Of a stretch of DNA of 64,000 nt, positions 59,401 through 64,000 are shown piece by piece. This stretch comes from an uncultured virus (IMG/VR IMGVR_UViG_3300009370_000013). Taxonomy: Duplodnaviria; Heunggongvirae; Uroviricota; Caudoviricetes. The notes under the pieces were generated by a model that had not been told where the DNA came from, made no database searches, and saw nothing but the letters and a program-made list of their open reading frames with translations. The stretch is from the IMG/VR virus record IMGVR_UViG_3300009370_000013; one strand, written 5' to 3'. Position 1 is the stretch's first letter, and each line of letters begins with the position of its first letter. Made by a program: the position numbers and the translations under genes.

Positions 59401-60771
59401 ACGATAACATCAACTGGTCACGGTTTAATAGTTAATGATTTAGTACAAGTACAAGGAATGCAATTCACTTGTTCAACAGGTAGTAAAGCATATCCTGATG
59501 ATATATTAAGTTCAGGAATATTTAAAGTTTATGATGTGCCTGACTCAAATACATATATCTTTGGTGTTGATAAATCAGCAATTGCTCATACTTATGTAAT
59601 TGGTGGTACTTCACAAAAAGTTACCATCGCTTCAAGTTCTAGTGTTAACGTTTCAGGTTTTGTTTTCAACAGAACAGCTGCTGCTCAACAAGGACAAAGG
59701 GGTCCTTTGATTGCAATGAAATCAGGTACAACAACTTTAAATGCTGTTGATATGATAGCATTAGCAAGTAATGTTAAATTCCCTAATGATAATACATTTT
59801 ATAGAGTAGGGTTAGTATCAGAAGAAGATACGGTTGCTGGAACAGCAGTAATAAGATTAACTCAAAATATTGGTTTGAGTAAAGCCAAAAATGAGGATAC
59901 AGTTAATAACATAACACAATTATACTCAAATATTCGTTTAACAGGTCACGACTTCTTGGATATAGGTACTGGTGATTTTACTACAACTAACTATCCATTA
60001 ACACCTACACAAGCGGCTGACCAGTCAGATGAAGTAACTGAAGTTAACGGTGGTCGTGTATATTGGGTATCAACTGACCAAACTGGTGACTTTAGAGTTG
60101 GTGATTTATTCAAAATTGAACAAGCGACTGGTAGTGCAACATTAAACGCAGACGCATTTAACCTTTCAGGATTAAGTGAATTAAAACTTGGTTCTATTGG
60201 TGCAGAATTAGGTGCTGCCATAAATGAATTTAGTACAGACGCAACTTTAGGCGGTAATTCAAATACAGCCATACCTACTGAAAATGCTGTTGTCGGTTAT
60301 ATGACAAGAGATAATGCAGGTACAGGTGCGTGGGTTCCACCAACAGGAACAACAGCACAAAGACCTGTAGGCGGTGAATTATTTGCAGGCGCTTTAAGAT
60401 ACAATTCTTCAATAATTTCTTGGGAAGGTTATAACGGAACAAGTTGGACAGGTCTAGCTGGAGGAACTCCTTGGACAACTCTAGTTGGAGATGGTTCAAC
60501 TGTACCTGTAGCAATAGGTGGACAAAGATTATTAATAGATACAAGTTTATTTGCAATGACAGTTAAATTGCCTGCTAGTCCACTAGTAGGAGATTCAATT
60601 GTATTTTTAGATTTAAATGGATCATTTCAATTAAGACCTTTAACTGTTGATAGAAATGGTCAAGATATTATGAATTTACAACAAGATATGATTGCTGATA
60701 TCAACCACGCAGGATTCACTTTAGTTTATACTGGATCAACAAATGGTTGGAAATTAGTAGAAGTAGCGTAA
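53482..60771 (+). CDS. giant tail fibre / adhesin (2429 aa) with CBM5/12-like repeats, beta-helix core and 12 inserted repeat modules
   Basis: LGRLKF.WRG.W N-terminus, Y..DD.V.YGG..Y.C...HTS repeats, P.KT..YA and GVSIVGESLRNT core, IRLTGHDFL.IGTG. Confidence 0.8.
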   Translation: MADFKLGRLKFKWRGDWAGTTGYVIDDIAKYGGNAYVCIQNHTSPATEQDFYTSPGTFTEYWQLHQESLYFKGAYADGTWYKLNDLVSYGGKQYRCTTQYTSSGTVLDQSKFEQFSDGIIFKGDYASSTQYKLNDLVKYGGRTYRCTTEHTSAAGGDINIVLGNFDIYSEGLAFKGDFQVNTYYKLDDVVKFGAYQYKCIVAHTSGGALSDFAEENFSVYSEGLQFEDSYNAATVYQQGDVVTYGGYSYVYVQSNESSGNTPGTPAVQETTGGDITTSTAHGRSVSDLIEVRDIVVQCDTGQKTYPIHSTSTQFTVEATNLTATDLQINLGTSAIAQTYVSGGTVLKSNGTRLAITGFNYNTSTGKAVITTATHGLSASDTIDVFGVKTTCAFGTKIYPQAPYSGLYPVKASPSATKLSIFLAPSNIDHTYVSGGTVKLATVSNVGSSTALTGFSYDNATGLITVTSATHGLSRNDLVKLDSIVVECSTGQKTYPNTTNYSGIFKVYDVPDSSTYVVATDKSAIVHTYVSGGTSQKISYTTSADKNISNFIYNRSNKKFWDVVTTGFKAQGVYVHGTLYKTGDTVQYGGNSYVCVLDAQSQRPSLNTGVVNTTYWSLVVEGFKWTGAYSTSTTYNIGETVRYLSNSYVNLKDQVLNIEPGTDGTVWQGIALGDSGAVLQTRGDMITQSEAGTARLPIGLPGSVLTNDGFDVLWSGNSAKNVIWVSPTGVDGDSGSESQPYKTLAYAVKHAKHHAIREIKDQSGGIGGTEDVYNNIRGISSREFEVSQYNITTNTFEIQMGTDTNAHTYVSGGTVRKADDTTLTITNAPYVHSTGVITIHTSTAHGLLAGNKVRLWGLNYTCANGAKTYPEVGGPSLYRVNTKGGSVKVDIVNGSANHKVDECVRIDGNDIGFTGPTGGDVTTAIPHARSVGDLVEIRDLLVSCPTGNKTYPVISTNTAFTVEAANLTTTTFQVDIGTSTTAQTYVSGGEVVKSDNSRLAVTNFVYNIATGKAVITTATNGLSASDTVNLFGIKTNCEFGDKIYPQVPVSGVYPVVSTKSATELNFFLPPSNVAHTYVSGGTVRLATVSNVGSSSAVTNAVYDNLTGLITVTATLHGLANGDLVKLDSILFSCSMGSKTYPDNTFSSGIFKVYNVVDANTYIFGTDKSGFAHTYVSGGTSQKVTYVTSEQKSVDAFTYKRVGGSNVLNFKVKSTAGDTIRLKNGTFTEQLPMRVREGVSIVGESLRNTRIHPAPGTGSQIATVELVNNTSGATDGTYNYIHQGRSERSYTVLDVPTGDSFTINVGTDAREHTYVDGGIVSNAAFGKFTVTNAPYVHSTGVITITTSSNHGLSASDSIKLSGLKYHCDEGEKVYPENGDASVWNVVISGGVATQIITYHGGINFEVNDIITLNSADIGNGGDLTLKVKKLENNKASNWLLLNEKNNIRNMTFLDLNEKKQSGGLYQVTVTSGTEFTVQMGTSTFVHTYKSGGHVIAVGNESVKLGLSNILYNNSNGKVTVTTSNAHSLTTGDWVTLGKMKFECDLGEKVYPSGPYEQALTSLDPVGNIYLTSPYVQNCTSLNPGACGVQIDGNLHLRPFPRSYKSMLANDFTQINEDGIGIHILGYGRVEAVSVFVYYCDKAVYAESGGFIRALNCSHAYGEQGVVASGTNEAEVPVNLKTRGMMLQWDKDTFGGTATASDIENSIAVQGQGTATIVGSESGATATLFRYNVSLLYLHIENITGNFKQGETITITKEDSTTFTVDLDSYFGGQSGSTGADVTTALAHGRTSGDLIEVSDVVLSCLASDSTVIGNKTYPVTSTTTQFTVEAANLTATTFQVDLGTSNTAQSYVSGGTLLKTGGTRLSISNFVYDIATGKAIITTPTHGLSASDTVNLFGIKTSCVYGVKIYPQVPTSGIFNVKSSSAATKLNFFLAPSDIEHTYVSGGTVKHATPTSVGSATEITAASYDNVTGLITITSTGHGLIVNDLVQVQGMQFTCSTGSKAYPDDILSSGIFKVYDVPDSNTYIFGVDKSAIAHTYVIGGTSQKVTIASSSSVNVSGFVFNRTAAAQQGQRGPLIAMKSGTTTLNAVDMIALASNVKFPNDNTFYRVGLVSEEDTVAGTAVIRLTQNIGLSKAKNEDTVNNITQLYSNIRLTGHDFLDIGTGDFTTTNYPLTPTQAADQSDEVTEVNGGRVYWVSTDQTGDFRVGDLFKIEQATGSATLNADAFNLSGLSELKLGSIGAELGAAINEFSTDATLGGNSNTAIPTENAVVGYMTRDNAGTGAWVPPTGTTAQRPVGGELFAGALRYNSSIISWEGYNGTSWTGLAGGTPWTTLVGDGSTVPVAIGGQRLLIDTSLFAMTVKLPASPLVGDSIVFLDLNGSFQLRPLTVDRNGQDIMNLQQDMIADINHAGFTLVYTGSTNGWKLVEVA
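54292..59673 (+). repeat. three ~850 bp imperfect internal repeats in the giant fibre gene (~54292-55143, ~56227-57078, ~58804-59673)
   Basis: Each starts TG(G/A)D(I/V)TT..(A/P)H.R and ends F.(Y/F).R, with shared DNA such as acttatgtaagtggtggt and cacggattatcagc. Confidence 0.85.
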
Positions 60772-60797
60772 TAAATAAATATAGAAGAGAATTATAA

Positions 60798-62231
60798 ATG
60801 AGTAAATTAACAGATTTTACAGTCACATCCGCTGAGAAAGATGACTTTTATGGATTCCATAGAGTTGCTCCTTCTCAAACGATACATAGAACCCTTACCT
60901 TAATTACTGGTAATGAAAGTGTATATGAATATACATTAGGAACAGGTTGGGATATTTCTACAATGGCATATACAACATCTTATTACGTAGGGTTTCACGA
61001 TTCAAATCCATTAAACACAACGTTTAGTACTGATGGAACAAAAATGTATACTATGGGCAATGCAGATAAACACGTTGATGAATATACATTGACTACAGCT
61101 TTTGATATTTCTACAGCAAGTTGGAGAACACATAAAGATGTATCTGCTCAAGATGATAATCCAAGGTCAGTAAGATTTAATCCAACAGGAACTAAAATGT
61201 ATGTTGTGGGTAGAGATGGTGTACCAAGTGCAGGTATAGCTGCTTGTAATATTAATGAATATGCATTAAGTACAGCTTGGGATATAACTACAGCAACTTA
61301 TACAGATTTATTTTCTTGTCTTGCTCAAGATACTGCTATTAGTGATATGCAATTTAATGCTGATGGAACTTTATTAATTGTTCTTGGCGATACTGGTAAT
61401 GATGTTAATGAATATGATTTAAGTACAGCGTATGATGTTTCTACAGCAACTTTCGTAGATGCTTTTTCTATCGGCGCTCAAGAAACAGCACCAGCTGGTT
61501 TAGGTTTTAATACAGATGGAACAAGAATGTTTATTGCAGGAACAGATGGAGATGATGTTATACAATATCCATTAGTAACAGGTTTTGATGTTTCAACTAC
61601 ACAAGCACTTACACACGAAGTTGGTTTAACTAATGCTCCTTCAGCACCAACAATGAACCCACGTGGTTTAACTTTTAATGCTGATGGAACAAAACTGTAT
61701 GTTATAGGAACTGCTGGTACGTTAATGATTGATGGTGGTGATGATGAATTACCATATAGTCACGTAGCTAGAAGTCAAAACACTATGACATTTCTTGAAG
61801 GAAATACGTATGTGTTTGATGTTTCTCAATCTGCTTTAGTCGGACACTCATTAAAATTCTCAACAACAGTTGATGGTACACATAAAGCAGGTGGAACTGA
61901 ATATATAACAGGAGTAAGTTCATCTGGTTCTCCTGGAACTCCTGGTGCGACAACAACAATTATTGTTCCAAGTAAAACACCAAGTACAGACCCAGGAAGT
62001 GCTGTAGATAAGTTGTATTATTATAATGGTGAACATCCAAGTCAAGGTGGTGAAATTTTTACACCTGAATGGAAAGGCAATTTACAGATAACTTACACAA
62101 ATGGAATTGATGATATTGAAACTAGATATAAAACTAAACATCAAGAAGATATTTTTGAGGATAGCGTACTATGGAAAAGAGGGTTGGACTTTACAGTAGT
62201 CAACGGAAACCTAACCATAGAAATGGGATAA
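60798..62231 (+). CDS. virion protein with beta-propeller-like repeats
   Basis: About five F(N/S).DGT.M.V.G....V.EY.L.TA.DISTA repeats, then TYVFD.S...H.L.FS...G...LYYY domain. Confidence 0.7.
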   Translation: MSKLTDFTVTSAEKDDFYGFHRVAPSQTIHRTLTLITGNESVYEYTLGTGWDISTMAYTTSYYVGFHDSNPLNTTFSTDGTKMYTMGNADKHVDEYTLTTAFDISTASWRTHKDVSAQDDNPRSVRFNPTGTKMYVVGRDGVPSAGIAACNINEYALSTAWDITTATYTDLFSCLAQDTAISDMQFNADGTLLIVLGDTGNDVNEYDLSTAYDVSTATFVDAFSIGAQETAPAGLGFNTDGTRMFIAGTDGDDVIQYPLVTGFDVSTTQALTHEVGLTNAPSAPTMNPRGLTFNADGTKLYVIGTAGTLMIDGGDDELPYSHVARSQNTMTFLEGNTYVFDVSQSALVGHSLKFSTTVDGTHKAGGTEYITGVSSSGSPGTPGATTTIIVPSKTPSTDPGSAVDKLYYYNGEHPSQGGEIFTPEWKGNLQITYTNGIDDIETRYKTKHQEDIFEDSVLWKRGLDFTVVNGNLTIEMG

Positions 62232-62271
62232 AAAATTATTTGAATTAACTAAAATGATAGAAGAGAACTAT

Positions 62272-62279
62272 TATAAATA
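62272..62279 (+). promoter_or_regulatory. T4-type late promoter TATAAATA
   Basis: Exact intergenic motif. Confidence 0.7.
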
Positions 62280-62300
62280 TAAATAAGGATCAAGAGAATT

Positions 62301-62927
62301 ATGGCAACTATAAATTTAGGAAGAATTAAACCAGTATTTCAAGGGGCATATAATGCTGCTACTGCTTATGTAGTGGATGATATTGCTACTTTTGGAGGCG
62401 AAACTTTTATTTGCATTTTAGCTTCAACTGGAAACGCAACTTCAAATGCAACCTATTGGTCTAAAATAGCCAAAAAAGGTGATGACGTAACACAACTTAC
62501 TACCCACGGCGATTTGCTGTTTAGGGATGCAAGTGGTGTACAAAGATTAGCGGCAGGCACAGCAAATCAAATGTTAATGACTAAAGGTGCTAGTGCTGAT
62601 CCTGTTTGGGGTTCTTCAACTTCAATTTTATGGGAAACTAAAACAGCTAATTTTACTGCTGTTTCTGGCGGTGCATATATATGCAATACAACAGACGGTG
62701 TATTTACAATGACACTACCTGCTACACCAGTAGATAACGACTTTGTTATTATCAATGATGGTATGGGAGTTTTTGATACAAAAAATCTTACAGTTGATAG
62801 AAACGGAAATAATATAGCAGGAAGTGCTACAGATTTAACAGTAGATAAAAAATATGCTAATTTCAGATTAACATTTAAAACAATACCAGATGTAACTTCA
62901 TCTTTTATTGGATGGTTAATTTCATAA
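62301..62927 (+). CDS. short fibre-related protein
   Basis: Mini-version of the giant fibre: LGRIK..F.G.Y N-terminus, GDL......RL..G, TLPA.P...D...D..G.F....LTVDRNG.NI C-terminus. Confidence 0.7.
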   Translation: MATINLGRIKPVFQGAYNAATAYVVDDIATFGGETFICILASTGNATSNATYWSKIAKKGDDVTQLTTHGDLLFRDASGVQRLAAGTANQMLMTKGASADPVWGSSTSILWETKTANFTAVSGGAYICNTTDGVFTMTLPATPVDNDFVIINDGMGVFDTKNLTVDRNGNNIAGSATDLTVDKKYANFRLTFKTIPDVTSSFIGWLIS

Positions 62928-62943
62928 TGAAAGATATAAACTA

Positions 62944-62951
62944 TATAAATA
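62944..62951 (+). promoter_or_regulatory. T4-type late promoter TATAAATA
   Basis: Exact intergenic motif. Confidence 0.7.
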
Positions 62952-62985
62952 GTATTACAAACAAAATTTTAGGGGAGAACATTTA

Positions 62986-64000
62986 ATGAGTTCATTAACA
63001 ACACTTTTAAGCGGCGGTAGTTCAGCTGGTGCAATAGACCACAGAAAAGAAGGTCTTCCGTTATTCGGTATGTGGGGAGATAACTCCGACGGTAATCATA
63101 ACGTAAACTACAGAGTCTTTGATTCTGGTTTTCAAAACGTAGGGTCTCCTTGGGGTGCTGTATGTAACTCAACAACAAACTATAGATTTGGTATGTTGTC
63201 GGATGCTTCTCACGCTTATACAGATAATGACCACGGTCAACACGTATCTCACGAAAATTTAACAACACAAGATTATACATCTTGGACATATTGGAATAAA
63301 TCAATATACCAATGTGACCAATATCCACACGCACAATATTATACATCTTCAAGAGATGGATTCGTATCTTGGCATTCTTACCACCAATACACATCTTCTT
63401 TTGAATATCAAAATGGATGGACAAAAATAAATATGGTTCTTCCAGAAGGAATTAGACCTAGACGTATGTTTGTTAATAGACGATTTACGTTAAGAGAAAG
63501 ATATCCAGGTCAACACGGTGCTCCGAATGTAGACACGTATGATTATACTTCTCACTTACTAGCAACATCTCAAACATATTCAACTGGTACTGGATACAAT
63601 GAGAAAACAAAAACTTTAGTTATGGTTCACTCTGGTGACGAAGGTGGAAATACTTCAAAAACTATTCACATTTTCAAATCTGCTAAATGTTTAAATAAAA
63701 TAGACAGAATTAAAGAATACTTTGATAACTTAACTTCAACTGAACACTTTACTGACACTTGGACTAATCAAAATGTTAAAGATTGGTGCGTTGTTGTTGG
63801 TAATAATGACTATGTTGGATTTGGATTAAAACAAAGTAATAGTAAAAGATACGGTGTATTTGATTGTTCAGTCAAAGGCGGAACTGCTCACCAAACTGGT
63901 GCAAGTAGACAATGGTCAACTTGGCAAGATTTTACAGGATCAACAACTACATCTTACGGTGCTAATAACGGACACCAATACTACAGTAAATTTATGACGA
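62986..64000 (+). CDS. probable virion/receptor-binding protein, runs off the window end
   Basis: ATG 62986 after GGGGAG RBS; MSSLTTLLSGGSSAGAIDHRKEGLPLFG...; absent from the ORF track, consistent with no stop before 64000. Confidence 0.7.
   Translation, partial: MSSLTTLLSGGSSAGAIDHRKEGLPLFGMWGDNSDGNHNVNYRVFDSGFQNVGSPWGAVCNSTTNYRFGMLSDASHAYTDNDHGQHVSHENLTTQDYTSWTYWNKSIYQCDQYPHAQYYTSSRDGFVSWHSYHQYTSSFEYQNGWTKINMVLPEGIRPRRMFVNRRFTLRERYPGQHGAPNVDTYDYTSHLLATSQTYSTGTGYNEKTKTLVMVHSGDEGGNTSKTIHIFKSAKCLNKIDRIKEYFDNLTSTEHFTDTWTNQNVKDWCVVVGNNDYVGFGLKQSNSKRYGVFDCSVKGGTAHQTGASRQWSTWQDFTGSTTTSYGANNGHQYYSKFMT

Noticed and set aside
54292..59673. Fibre repeats as a diversity-generating retroelement template/variable pair
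   Set aside because: All copies are in-frame coding, differences are not confined to adenines, and there is no reverse transcriptase in the window
1..64000. tRNA/rRNA genes, introns, inteins, homing endonucleases, integrase or IS elements
   Set aside because: No cloverleaf or rRNA-like segment and no such protein motifs recognised by eye; a tRNAscan/Rfam run would be needed to exclude them fully

Overview
This window is the late (virion structural) region of an AT-rich T4-like myovirus. The inferred host is a marine alphaproteobacterium such as SAR11/Pelagibacterales, based on host-like genes and alphaproteobacterial-type SOS boxes; this is not proven. The backbone runs gp2, gp54-like, gp26/gp51, tape-measure-like, gp4, gp48, gp53, hub, gp5, PAAR, gp25, gp6, gp7, gp8, VrlC-like and several fibre proteins, with many T4 late promoters (TATAAATA). 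Three accessory blocks interrupt it. (1) A membrane/periplasm cassette with an AapJ/BztA-type amino-acid binding lipoprotein (2.3-5.1 kb), with iscA nearby. (2) A block between gp5 and PAAR (12.8-19.5 kb) carrying a 2OG-Fe(II) oxygenase, a hemF-hemB-hemC tetrapyrrole operon with a strongly minimised HemB, and ribosomal protein L7/L12. (3) A ~12 kb tailoring island (37.2-49.2 kb) with three radical SAM enzymes, a SPASM-glycosyltransferase fusion, three further GT-like proteins, an epimerase, a methyltransferase, a hydroxylase, an ATP-grasp enzyme and a TctA/TctC-like transporter pair. Non-coding signals include a candidate -1 frameshift joining gp26 to gp51, and a ~500 bp element before gp5 with a LexA-type box, a near-consensus sigma70 promoter, hairpins and ten TGCGTA(AAG) repeats (candidate origin or ncRNA). 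All calls come from reading motifs; no searches were run.
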